This document shows positions 31,403 through 43,545 of a stretch of DNA of 64,000 nucleotides, piece by piece (the first letter of the stretch is position 1; every line of letters starts with the position of its first letter). The stretch is from assembly GCA_951406725.2 (NCBI GenBank), contig OX597825.1, forward strand, positions 87,792,001 to 87,856,000, given 5' to 3'. The position numbers and the translations under genes are program-made. Under the pieces are notes generated by a model. The model worked only from the letters and a program-made list of their open reading frames with translations. It was not told the origin of the DNA and ran no database searches. The stretch is from Octopus vulgaris. Its lineage: Eukaryota.

Positions 31403-32818
31403 TCACTTACCTGTCCTTTGTTTTTCATAGTCACTTGAATGTTCTTTGCCAATACGAATAAATTCCATATCCATTCTTACTCCGAAATACTCATCCATAT
31501 TTTCCACGAATTCATCGCTCATTCTTATATCTTTCACCTCCCAATTCTCGCATTCACACATCACCATAAAGTCACCTATGTTCTTCTTTTCAATCACAGC
31601 ATACCTAGTCTCACCAACATCATACCATTTATACTCTTCCATTAGACTTTTAACTTCTTTCTGTTCAGTCATAGTACAAATGTACGGCCTGATATCGATT
31701 TCAATCTCTTGTGTGTGTGTATTCTTTTTTTTCTTTTGTTTTCTTGTTGGGGGGGAGCGGGTGGGTTCAATGTCTGCATGGATAGGGTGGGACTCAGAGG
31801 GCGTGGGTGGTTTTGGGGTGGATTGGAGTTCCATATTATTTTCTTTTCCACGTATTCTTCTCTTCCTCTTACTTCCAGCTTCCTTCCATTTCTGTGTATT
31901 CTCTTCCTCTGTTTCCTTCTCCTCTGGTTTCTGCTTCTCTTTCTCTGGTTCGGGATCCATTTCTTTCCCTGGGGGAGGGCAGAAGGCTCTTATGTGACCC
32001 CTCAGGCCACACTTGTAACAACGTGGAGCCCTGCCCTCCACCCACACTCTCATGATCACTTCTCCCAGTCTGATGCTTTCCGTCAGGTCCACCAGTACCT
32101 CGGTCTCTGCCTGTACGTTCAGCTCCACTGTTATGCCTCTCCAGCCCTCGGACTTAACCGAGGCATGGAGAATATCCACTTCGTCCTCGTGGCCGCTGAT
32201 CACAGCCGCCACAATCCATTCTGCCTCCACGTTTGGTGGCACTCCCTCCACCCTTATTCGTGTAATCCTCCTGTTTAAATACGTAGGTAACAGTATTACC
32301 TTTTCCGACTTCACCGCCTTCGCTGCCATCTTCCTCGCTGCAGATTCACTTTTAAAGTGCACAACTACGGTCCCGTACTTGGATCCTCGAGTCAGAAAGT
32401 TTATTTCCTCCTCAGTTCTTCGCAGGGCTTCCTCTATCCATTCCATGGATACAACTTCTACCCTCTTCCTTTCGTTTGCGCACACCCTGTAAACAATGGT
32501 CCTCTTATCATACCATTCTTTTCTCCTGGGTGTCGGTGATAGTTCCACCTCACCGCTTTCCTTTTCCATGTATTTCTGGTAACTTGGCAACTTGGCCATG
32601 TCGACCCCTTTCTCTTCCACCTTCTTGGTTACACCGGCATAGGTATAACCCAGCTTCTCTTCCAAATTCCTTGCTGCCATTTCTAGCTCTTTCTCAGACG
32701 TAGGCAGGTCTGATAAAGACTCGAAAATTCCAGCCTTTTCTTCCATCAGCTTCATTGCAATTGCCTGTTCCAGTTCCTCATCTGTCGTGGACAAGTCTGT
32801 TAGAGACTCATAGTCCAT
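31403..32818 (-). CDS. L1/Tx1-type ORF1-like protein, unit C (471 aa, intact)
   Basis: Near-identical paralog of unit B. The unit spans ~31254-32974, and its tail AATAAAGAAAAA joins into the unit B 5'UTR. Confidence 0.88.
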   Translation of the reverse strand: MDYESLTDLSTTDEELEQAIAMKLMEEKAGIFESLSDLPTSEKELEMAARNLEEKLGYTYAGVTKKVEEKGVDMAKLPSYQKYMEKESGEVELSPTPRRKEWYDKRTIVYRVCANERKRVEVVSMEWIEEALRRTEEEINFLTRGSKYGTVVVHFKSESAARKMAAKAVKSEKVILLPTYLNRRITRIRVEGVPPNVEAEWIVAAVISGHEDEVDILHASVKSEGWRGITVELNVQAETEVLVDLTESIRLGEVIMRVWVEGRAPRCYKCGLRGHIRAFCPPPGKEMDPEPEKEKQKPEEKETEEENTQKWKEAGSKRKRRIRGKENNMELQSTPKPPTPSESHPIHADIEPTRSPPTRKQKKKKNTHTQEIEIDIRPYICTMTEQKEVKSLMEEYKWYDVGETRYAVIEKKNIGDFMVMCECENWEVKDIRMSDEFVENMDEYFGVRMDMEFIRIGKEHSSDYEKQRTGK

Positions 32819-32971
32819 TTCCTTCTGTCTGACAGACCGAGAACGGCCGCCAAAACAGAAAAAGTGTAACGCGCTGAACGAGCGAAACGCGAAACCGCGT
32901 CAACGCTTTTTGTTCTTTTTTTTACCGAATTTCAGGAGCCGAAAAAAAAAACACGGAGCCGAAAAAAACAT

Positions 32972-33070
32972 GACCTTTTTCCTCTACATTGTATACTTTA
33001 TAGACAATAGTCTTTTTTTAAATTTAATTTTATTATTATCCATCTGGACTATTCCATTTCTGCACGCTAA
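32972..33070 (-). pseudogene. Decayed ORF1 homolog, part upstream of the insertion site
   Basis: RNGIVQM...KF and KKTIVYKVYNVEEK (frameshift in an A-run) align with ENGEVEL...WFHRRTIKYKVF and KRTIVYRV. Confidence 0.6.
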
Positions 33071-34339
33071 TTTTATTTTTAATTTATTCCCATTCATGTG
33101 AAACCACTTATGCAATTTTATACCAATTGCTATTTTTACTTTTGTTATGTTACGATTATATTATACTTTAGTTTGATTTTAATTATTACTTACTACATAT
33201 AATTCAATTGTTATTATTATCATTATTGTTAAAGTGAAAGTATCTGATATAAAATAGAGAAACGTTTTTGTTTCTCTTTTAACACGTAATACTGAAATAG
33301 TGGAGAAGATATGATATTGCTATGGGCTCGCTCTAGGCAAGACGTTGAACATTTTTTTTGCCCATGAAACTACATGGATCCTAAGTAAGGCATGTGTAAA
33401 ATTTGAATGAAATCGGTTGTGTAGTTCTCAAGTTTTAGGGAAACACACAGACAGACAGGCAGACACACATTCTCAGTTTTATATATATAAAGATATATAT
33501 ATGTGTGTGTGTGTGTGTGTGTATTTATATATTGATGTCTGTGTTTGAAATGTTACGCTTACACACGCAGTATACACAATGCGGAAGCAATATCTCCCTA
33601 CATACACACACACACACACGCAGGCACACATAGTATTTCAGATAATATTTTGTAATTCTCTGTTTTAATGTTCAATGTTTTGAAACATTGAAACAAGCTG
33701 CAAGACGAAAAACAGAAGCTTTCCTAATTCTACCTTGACGATATTTGCTTAGTTTACATTTAAATTCTTTATTTTTCGTAATATGTCAATAAACTGAGTC
33801 TACAACATACAGAAATAAATTCCATCGAAAAACATTCCTCAGCAGAACGGAAACCGTTTTTTAAAAGTGAAGACATCGTATTTAAATAACCAGTTTGTTT
33901 TGAAACAAAGTTATATCATGTAATACATTTAGCAACAAATGCTTTATATATTTTATATAATATGTTTACTTGGATCTTCGCTCATTGCAGAAATCTCTGT
34001 TAACCTTATACATAGCATGTGTAACTTAATATACATAAAAATAGTGCTAAAATTGATTTAGCTTTGAATGTATCATATATATATGTATATATATAAGTTC
34101 TATCTTCAGCGTTCAATTAACAACAAAATTGATGTATGTGCAATTCTCTCAATGTTTATTCTCTGAAATAATTATTATATTCAGCTTGCCATAATTATCT
34201 TCTATAAATATTTCGAAATTGATATAAACAACGAATTATAATTTAAAGATAATTCACGTAGAATACTGATCATACGGTCTATCAAAGCATTGATTTATCA
34301 GCATCTGAAATCCTGATGAGGATGTGGATCCTGTACTAC

Positions 34340-34379
<40 letters not shown>

Positions 34380-34529
34380 ACGCACACACGTACACACATA
34401 TTCCATTGTTCAAATGCACGTCTTGCTTCTCTGTTTAATTGCAAATATGTTGAGCTCGTTAAGTAAGATGGAGACCCCTTACTGTAAACCCAACGGCCAA
34501 GAAGACACCCAGAGATAGATAGATAGAGA

Positions 34530-35900
34530 GAGAGGGGGGAACGGATTTACAAGAGCTATACGGACTCCCGAAAGCTACAATCATGTTAGAAAAATGGGCG
34601 CACATGCGACAGGTGCGAGGTCCAGAGCCACACTAAAGGGCCACATATTCAGATTTAATCACAGGATATACGCCCAAGAAGGTGCTGTTATCCGTGTCAG
34701 TATTACTGGTGATGTGGCTAAGCTGTTTCTGGTATGGTGGGATAGAAGATTGGAAGAAAGATTAGTAGAGAGCTCCATCACCCTACCCATGTACTCTCAC
34801 TATCTGGATTATACCAACATAGTGACTAAAGCGACCCCACAAGACAGTATCTATGAACTAAAAGCTAGCACTATGGTGAGCTAACTCCATCCACCAGAGT
34901 ATTAAAGTAACAATAGATTATCCTAGCAATAATCCTAACTATCGGCTACTGGGCTTAAACACGGAAATCTGGCTGAAAACAAAGAATATTAAGGTCCAGA
35001 TCCTTCATTCCCGATATGCCAAACCCATGGCCTCTAAATACCTGGCTCACAATAACGTAGTTATTGTGGCCAATGCCAAGTTCAATATCCTAATACCAGA
35101 CATAATGAGAATGAAGAGAAATATATCCCGCTTAATGCAATCCTATGGAATTGGAAAGACATGCAAAATTTTATCCATCGCATGCATTTCTCTGGTGATA
35201 GCCAAAGGGACTGGATTAGTGTGTACAAAAGTGCCAGGGCTAAGTACAAGACCATCATAGAGAATGATGCAAATGTAAAATGACTGCTAAACAAGAGCAA
35301 CTCCTGGAACAGTATAGAAAGGAACAAGAATTAGTTAAGGCCAACTCATGATATGACTACCAAAAATACCAGAGTGTCATGTTCGGTGATGATATCCCAG
35401 GCGGCGAGCTAGCATACTTTTTAGGAAAGCTTTAAATAAGGTTTAATTTACTGATTAATGTTGTAGAAAGGCCAGGAATCTGCATAGAATCCCTTAACTG
35501 TAGAACATATTCATTCGGAAGCCACCCCAGCATGTACGGAGAGCAACTGTATAGTATGTTGAATGAATCCACAGGTTAACTGTAAGATATAGTGTACTGA
35601 GGAGGGTGCAGAATCAAGACGACAACTTACGCTGGTGAGATAGCACGCAACATAGGGCAACAAATAAGCGACACCGGCGGGAGCTGAAAGAGAAGAAAAG
35701 CTCGTCATTTCTCTAGTTACATGCTCAGATAAAATATAGAGGCTCGATTAATGACACAAATGCTAAGGCATTATCAAAGCAAAGAACTGACACGACACTT
35801 AGATTACAGAGGACACACGTATAGTAATAGGCAGACCGGGTCTCAACAGAAAACTCGAATGGAACGAATGATACTCCACTAATTTACTACGCAATATGAC
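34530..35900 (+). mobile_element. Decayed Penelope-like retroelement (RT + GIY-YIG traces)
   Basis: Translates HIFRFNHRIYAQEG..IRVSITGDVAKLFLVWWD...YSHYLDYTNIV (degenerate RYVDD), NSIHQSIKVTIDYPSNNPN, YAKPMASKYL...KFNILIPDIMRMKRNIS, and a Cys cluster plus YAGEIARN near 35540-35660. Confidence 0.75.
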
Positions 35901-36884
35901 GACTGTTGACAGAATGAGAGAGAAAAAGAGAGACATTGATACAGATTCAAAGAGCATATTACATAAACGCATATACACACATAAAAGACACACAGACTTA
36001 AGATGAAAGGGAAGAAATAGGGAGAGGAATAAGTAAATGAATGAATAATTAAGGGGCACGGATAGAAGCAAACCCATACACACACACAAAACATACATAC
36101 AATGCACAGAACCGCGTAGACACGCCCCTCCGCAAACACTCACACACAGTGATGCAAACACATGCGCAGATAAAGATAAATTTAATGTGGGATGCGTTGT
36201 CCGTAACAAATACACGAATCCCGTTTTGGATTTATCTGTTTTCAGAAATCGTTTAAATGTTTCGTGACAAAACACGTCTGAGGACCACAAGTGAAGATTC
36301 AACCGCTAAAACTGATATTATCTCTTGGCATTCTTATATTTCTCATACCGCCAGTAGACTTTGGGTTGAATTATTTCTAATCTTCATGAAGACAAAACCA
36401 TGTGGGGGGGGGGGGGGTGTAGAAAGGATTTAATTAATCTGACGACTTCAATTAACATGGACTTCCCCTATATGGCATAGACCTATGTATTCCTGGATAC
36501 AGAACAAGCATTTCTATCAATTCCAGCACTTTTTACAGGTACATATTTATTGGTTCTGGGAGGATGAAAAGCAAAATCAACTTCTGTGCGATTCGAACTT
36601 GCATCAGATGTAATTTTACTTTCACAGTCAACCACCGACTGGAACGGCTGCAAAAATATCGATTCTTTCCTTAGTAAGAAAGTCACAATTTTGGGTAAAG
36701 TGTATAGTATATGATGTCGGCCACGGAAACCTTATTCTGTGAACTGTTGAAAGAGTAAAGGGACTGTTGGAGTGGAAGTGATAGGATTGCGGGAGGATAA
36801 ATTCCTCAATTAAATACAACTTCTATTTATAAAAGTTTCTTAAGCAGCTTTATGTAAACAGCTGTTGAAATAATATGGCTTTCA

Positions 36885-37055
36885 AATTTTGGCACAGGGC
36901 CCGCAAGTTGGAACCATGTGTTCAGTTGGTTCTCATTTATGGACCGCGAAAGAACGAAAGGAAAAGTGGGCCTCGGTGGAATGTGAACTCAGAACGTAAA
37001 GACGGATGAAATACAGCTAAGCATTTTGTCCGGCGTGCTAACCATTCTGCCAGCT
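36885..37055 (-). mobile_element. SINE, family of 63580-63810
   Basis: Minus strand reads AGCTGGCAGAATGGTTAGCACGCCGGACAAAATGCTTAGC...TTCTGAGTTCACATTCC. Confidence 0.75.
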
Positions 37056-40000
37056 GCAAATTTTTACAATAAAATCTCTAGAGAAAATAGCTATAGATAA
37101 TTAATTAGTAGAGTTGTGGCTATAAACATTGTTATTGTTTTATTGATAGGTTTTTGGAACTCCATGTAGCGCCATCTGCGGCCCTGTAAGAAGAAGGCTC
37201 CGTGTGGCGTTACTGTTAATCTGGAAACGTCCTTGTTTTGTGGTACCAACAAAAATTCCTAGACTTTACTTTATCAGACGTGCTCACTATTTCTCAGGCA
37301 GGCTTTCTAATGCTTGTCTCTGATGAATCTCTTATCAAAGACTTGATGCCTTTCACTCGCAATGTTGTCACGTGCTCATAGCTCTCTGCTGTGAGATACT
37401 GTGAAGAACTGTTTGTGAGAAGGGGTCTAGACGTTCACTTAGAAACCCTAAAAAATATTCGGAAGCTTTGTCTAACGGTGAATGTTCAACATTTGGAGCA
37501 CGCATAGCTTCCATAAACGCTCTTCCAAACTGGGTTGCGATAAAGAATTCGTATATTGCCACTTGGAGACGAACTTGATAGATATGGAAAAGCTATCATT
37601 TGTGTCTGTTACGATGTACTAGAGCGACGACGATTCCAATCTCTCTGCACTCGTTCCTCGTCCAAGCGTTGCTGCTTTATGAAGTTTTGTTTAATAGTTA
37701 TTGTACCACAACCTTTCTTCGGTTGAGAAGGGCAGACGGATTCGCTTCGTCTGTTGGCTATGCTGGAAGTTATTGTCTGTTAGACACGACAGAACGGACT
37801 GGTGAAGGACTCTCTTCTCTTCGGCCAACCACCCCGTACAATGATCCAAGTTTCAGTCGAAAAAGTAAGTGAGAGTGAAGAGTGGTGTTGTCCCTTAGGA
37901 AACTTTATTGATGTATTTTTGATGAACAGCAAATTCCGAGAGAAATAAAGTGGTTACAAGAAATAACAATCAAATCTTTCTTAAATTCCAAATATTGTAA
38001 AAAAGACACACTGGACATTTTGGGCCTTGATCAATAAAGAAGCGAGATTTGTCATGACTGAAATATCATCCATCATAAGTATGTCCCCCCACCAGAGCTA
38101 ATGCGCACCCCTAAAGCAACAAACTTATCTCTACATTTTTAGTGTGTCTCTCTCACTCCAGAACCCTCACAAAACCAATTCACTAATCATTTCCTATCAG
38201 AGTTACATGTATTTAGAAATATTTACGCTGGAAACTTTTATTCCCAAACAGATATAAAAAAGCGCTCAATCAACTTGACAGCACTAACATCGAAGGACGT
38301 GGAAGCTCTAGCTTTATTGCTTCTAAGTCTCTAATTACTTAATAATAATGATAATAAAAGAGTAATAGAAAAGTTGTTCCATCAAATTGACAGCTGTAGC
38401 TTTGGAAGACGTGGAATCTCTATCTTTATTGATTCTTCATCTTGAATTACATCATATAATTGACAATGCTAGAAAATATGTTAAACTATAATGGAAAAGA
38501 ACCTTCACACTGCCACATTTACCAGTTTGAAAATAGAATATCACAACCAACAATATTCCATTTGTGAGACTTTCCTGTCCCGTATGACTATATTATTGTT
38601 GAGTGGTTCTTTTATGTCAGAGATGAAATTTACTACAGACATACAAAACAAATACCATTCAGCTTGTACTCTTACACACAAAATGCGTACAAGGTTTCAG
38701 CTTTGCCTTCTCTACTAAAACACATTGAAGTTGTTGACCGATAGGTTTTCTGTTGCTAGAAATTTTCACAAAGCCAACAGAAGAGTGTTTCGTTTAGTGT
38801 TTGAACTCAAATAGTTTTGGTTTTAGTGAATATTGCTCAAAGAATATTTGACTGCAAGGGGCATTGCTTCTTAAAATGTAGACTTGAAATAATCATAACA
38901 TTAACTCTATGGCGACGAGTATGGGATATCGATGTGATTTGATATTTTTTGATAGCAAGAGTTCCGTGACTGTAAGGTTGAATGGGAATCCCATGAATAT
39001 TCCGTAGAAAAACTTTACATGAGCAGACTATAGACATTCACTGAAGCTTATGCCTTTGTTAAAAATCTTTACTCAAATAATATGGCCATACTTAGAATGT
39101 AGCTAGCCAAATGGAAATACATCCGTTATTTTCAACATTATTTAAACGTTACACAACATCACTGTGAACAAGATGTAAGTATTTATAAAGCTAAAATGTC
39201 CATAATGAAGCTGATTTATTTTTGTCAGATGCTGTATTTTATAAATAATTTATTTGGTAAGATCAAATATTCGTTTTGATTGAGGTAATACTGATAACCA
39301 AGCTTGCGCTCTCTTTGATCACTGAATCTATGCAGAGTAGGAAAATAATAGATGAATTAATTTGAAATTATTTTCGTAGCAACGATGTGTTACTAAGCCG
39401 GCGTTCATTTGTGTCAGTAGATATTTCATTTATTGTAGGTCGTCGGGAAATAACTTTGAAATTATACAATCGTCGCTGCTCAAATTTCCCTCTCTCACAA
39501 CTTGTGTATGTCTGTGTGTCTACAAGAAAAGTTAATGAAAATTATTTTTAATGAAAACCCTCTCAGGTATTAAATTTTAAGAACGGCTTTTAGCGAAAAT
39601 ATCATCAAAAATTCTTCGTAACGCGAGTACTGAAAATCAAACTGAAGTTGAACTTTGAGATATAAATGAGTTTAATTTCAGTTATTCGTCTGGTTTATAG
39701 TAATTTAATATAATTTGTCACGCTGCGAATATCGAATTTCTATATGTAAAACATAACATAGGGAATAAAGCACGTGGCCCTTTTTTCCCTTTTTTGCAAA
39801 TAAACTTAAACGCCTGCTTGAATATTTACAAGTTAAACAGAAAACTTGGTCAAGCTCTTCTCTGCTCCAACACCTATGCAATAAAAGATGCTCTGTTAGT
39901 TTTGGCATTTATTTAATTAGAAGCTGTTTAAAATCATTCCAGTATCTGATTCCCTTTGGAAGCACGAATCTATATAATCTGCGAGTAATAACACTGTCAA

Positions 40001-40299
40001 AGCAATTTAGTGATAGTGACATTTAGAAAATACTAAATGTATCGAACTTAATATATTTCATTGCAATCGATTGAACCCTTACAGTAAATTCTACGAATAA
40101 ATAATAGAGAAAACTTAGTCGCAGATATTAATCTCTAATGTAATTGTGTTTTATGCCAGTGTCTACACTTGTGTTCAAAATCTATACGAATAATTTGGCT
40201 AACAAGTTGTATACTAACATGAAATATATTTGCTGCCCACACACACTGAATCAGTGAATTTCTTTGAAGAATTACATTCTAATTAACGTTGTATAACCT

Positions 40300-41000
40300 C
40301 TAAGCATCTTTACCTCACCCAATACTCAACGGTTAGAGACCATGTGTCTTAAATGTCGATTCAAACTTAAACCGTATCTCACATTTTTACATACAACCTG
40401 AATGGTTCTATGAACTATTTTGTATTCCACCACTAGCCACCCTGGAGCCAGTGCTAATATCTTTTCGAACCACCGCAATCTCGTTTCCTTTCTTCTGTAA
40501 TATCTTCTTTCTCCACACCTTCATCGACTGAAAATTAATCATGTGGTGTTCTTTATTTTGTATGGCACGCCTTACCTATGATTCAGATATTTTGTGCTTT
40601 GAACACAATCTAATAATCCTTGGGGATGTAGAAACCCATCTTCGAAGTAAATGTCGAACCGTTATATTATCAGGTTCAAACACCTGCCTTCCTGAACGTT
40701 AGCAACTGATGAAATGTCTTGCTCTAAAGATGGAATCAGATCGAGAATATTGCTCTATGAGGAAGTACGATCGCTTATTGTGACCGTTAGTTATTGTGAA
40801 GTCTAACTGTCTAAAGTATTTCAGTTAGGATCATTAACTTTTGTGAAGTCTTACAAGTGACGCCATTCGCTAACTGTGATGTCTAGCAACTGAGACTTGG
40901 CCATCCCCATTACTTCGGGTAGCAATACCTTTTACAAAACGCTTTCTATGAGATGTGCAGTGAATAAAGTATATAAGTGCTAAAGAAACCAAATTTCATA
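40300..41000 (-). mobile_element. Very decayed LINE RT remnant
   Basis: Only weak traces (VPYK; AVVRKDIS..SRVASGGIQNS, resembling V.SGVPQGS), with many stops. Confidence 0.35.
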
Positions 41001-42860
41001 AGAATCTGTTAAAGACCATTTTAAGACACTGGTCTTAAAGAAATCACAGGTTTGGTTCGAACTATGTTCCATTGTTTTACAACTGGGTCTTAAAGTTATG
41101 GCGAATAGAAAAGTGGTTTAAATCATATAGAAGAGGTGTTTAATTAGGGGTGACAATAGGTTACTGATAGTTCTTCAGTCACATCAAGATCTTTAGAGGT
41201 TGTCGACACAGAATTAAAATAGAATATAGGTGCGCATGCGTAAAAGATCACTTAAGTAAGCTGATTAGTTGTCTCTGACGGACCAGGAGTGAAACAGCTG
41301 CGCTTCCATTCAGCCGTTCCAGGACCTCGTAACTTAAGGCCTTTAAGAAGTTGTTTGTGTATGGGGCTTGTGACAAAAATAAAATGACGGAAAAGTCTGA
41401 TAAATGTTCTCATGATAGATCGGTAGCCACTACACACATTTTTTCTCTCCTTGTTTCTCTCCTTGTTTTTTCTTCTGTGTCCCTTTCTGTAGAACAGCGT
41501 CGGCTCGAAGCGTAAAATACTTTTTTCTATTACTGAGCATTATACTAATACATCTGTTTGTTTTGTACACCACCTGTCTTTGTCTTTTTTTTTGTGAACT
41601 CTTCCCTAATCATGATTATACACTGGTAGAAAATGGGTGGGTTTGTATGGGAAAAAGAGCAAAGAGAATTTGAAGCCCCTGGGTATCGATCAGATATATA
41701 CGCAGGTGATATATATTTTGTGTTAAAATTGCATCACTATATATTTAGAAATGAATACAAATGCAGCAGATTTATAGCGTACCTTTTATGAATGTTGTGT
41801 GAGAAAAAGAACAGTTTTATAACGAGAGTTCAGTCGCCATGATTACCGATATTATTTTTTATTTACTGCATTTACGTGTAAAACAAAATCCCTGCGAAAG
41901 TAAATTTAAATCAAAGCCGTGCACCTACAACATATACACATAAATATTTTATTCAATGCATTATAGCACTTGAAATTATTCAGTATGAAAACGAATTAAA
42001 ATTAATTCAATATCGTAATTTTCATTGGATATTTAATTCAATCTTGTGAATATGCTTTCTTTTTTTTTTGCTGCAAAGGCAGCATATCCATAAAAATTTG
42101 AATAATTGACAAATATTTAATCGAAGAAGATTTAGTCATAATCTTGTTTAAATATTTTGATCTTGCACACGTTTTAAACGTATTGAATATTTTATATTTT
42201 ATGGCAGTTATTGAGACACTCATTACTTACTATTCTATATGATTTTGATTGGATAATCATGCACGGATTTGATCTACCCATATGGCAGAAATATATTGTA
42301 GATGCATGCACCGACAGTTTCTTAAAGGTACAATGCTATCCTTGGTAGACAAAGCTACGTATCTAACCCCCTTCTTACAGCATTAAATTTTATGTTTCCA
42401 ATAGTTTCCAAATAATATTTTGTGATAAATTTCAAACTTGCATTCATTCGTGATAAAGTGAAAACTACGAGAACTTTACATTTAAGATGAGTAGGCCCTT
42501 CTTCTGAAAATGTTATCTCTTTGGATCTATTTAGCATAATAGGGGTGTTAAGAAATTTGCTCCGTATAACCGTAATGAATTCGTGTGTGTTTGTGTGTGT
42601 ATGTATCTTCATATGCGTGTGTTGAGTGGTTGTCGGTTATGTTTTCAGAGAGAAGGTACTCAATGAATATATTAAAGTTTGAAAATTTCTTAGAAGTGGA
42701 ATTGCTTTGAATCGCTCCCCCGATGTTTACGTTGCCGATGCTTAAAAAGATTTAAAAGACGGTTTGTATAGAAAGAACGATTCATAAACGTTAGACGAAT
42801 AAAACCAGCATTAGAGACGGAAGCAGTATCAGTTCAGAGCAATAATCATTTTATATTACT

Positions 42861-42941
<81 letters not shown>

Positions 42942-42942
<1 letters not shown>

Positions 42943-43129
42943 ATGGTAAGACAACAAACGAATGAATGAGACCTCGATATTATGTAACTGAAGGAATTTA
43001 TCTGTAAAATATGTGACAATTATTCGATTGCCATTATTTAGTCTTAATAACTGACGAGATGCCGGAGCAGATTTGCCCCGATATATCCGAAACTCGGAGT
43101 TCTATTATGGCAACCGAATAATTGTCACA
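42942..43129 (+). ncRNA. Hammerhead-ribozyme-like motif in a small foldback repeat
   Basis: TAATAA-CTGACGA (43051-43057), a stem II hairpin, GAAA (43089-43092), CTCGGAG, TT, CTATTA. Enclosed by 23-bp inverted repeats at 43012-43034 and 43107-43129 (1 mismatch). Confidence 0.65.
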
Positions 43130-43249
43130 CACACATATACATACATACATACACACACATAAATTATATGTATATATATAATAGAAAGAGGTTTCAAAGA
43201 AACTACTCGTGGTATAAATTGGGGAGAAATAAAAAGAAACAATGAAACT

Positions 43250-43545
43250 GCACGCTAATTAGAAAAGTAATGGCTTCTTTTTATAAAAACAAAGATATAT
43301 ACAAACAGATCAATGTCTTAAGGTGGAAGTTAGAAGCATAAAAATTATTTTGAGTCATAGACCGATCACTCTTTGGAAATCGGTGTTGATTAAAGTCAGT
43401 GATCAGCGATGACAAAACCGGTATGACTTTCTATATTGATTCATAATAATGATTTTTGTACATTTTAATTCCACCTCGAATCATTTGTCTGTATATATCT
43501 TTGCTTTTATAAATACAGCCATTTCTTTTATACCTAGTAAGCATT
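43250..43545. repeat. Imperfect palindromic element
   Basis: The left arm AATGGCT..TTTATAAAA.CAAAGATATATACA.ACA.AT...AGGTGGAA is mirrored at 43468-43524. Confidence 0.7.

Larger units (their letters stand above)
27416..33493 (-). mobile_element. Non-autonomous Helitron (6.08 kb) carrying retroelement cargo
   Basis: Minus strand starts A|TCTTTATATATATAAAACTGAGAATG-(CTGT)n-...AACCGATTTCATTCAAATTTT and ends with the GACCCG..CGGGTC hairpin (27427-27445) followed by CTAG|T. It sits in (TA)n between A and T with no TSD. No RepHel ORF. Confidence 0.85.

Noticed and set aside
28019-32703. Many plus-strand ORFs over the array
   Set aside because: Antisense shadows of the purine-rich ORF1s.
27908-32994. 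LTR-retrotransposon gag or endogenous virus interpretation of the array
   Set aside because: No LTRs, PBS/PPT, capsid motif or protease. The units end in an AATAAA/A-rich tail shared with SINEs.
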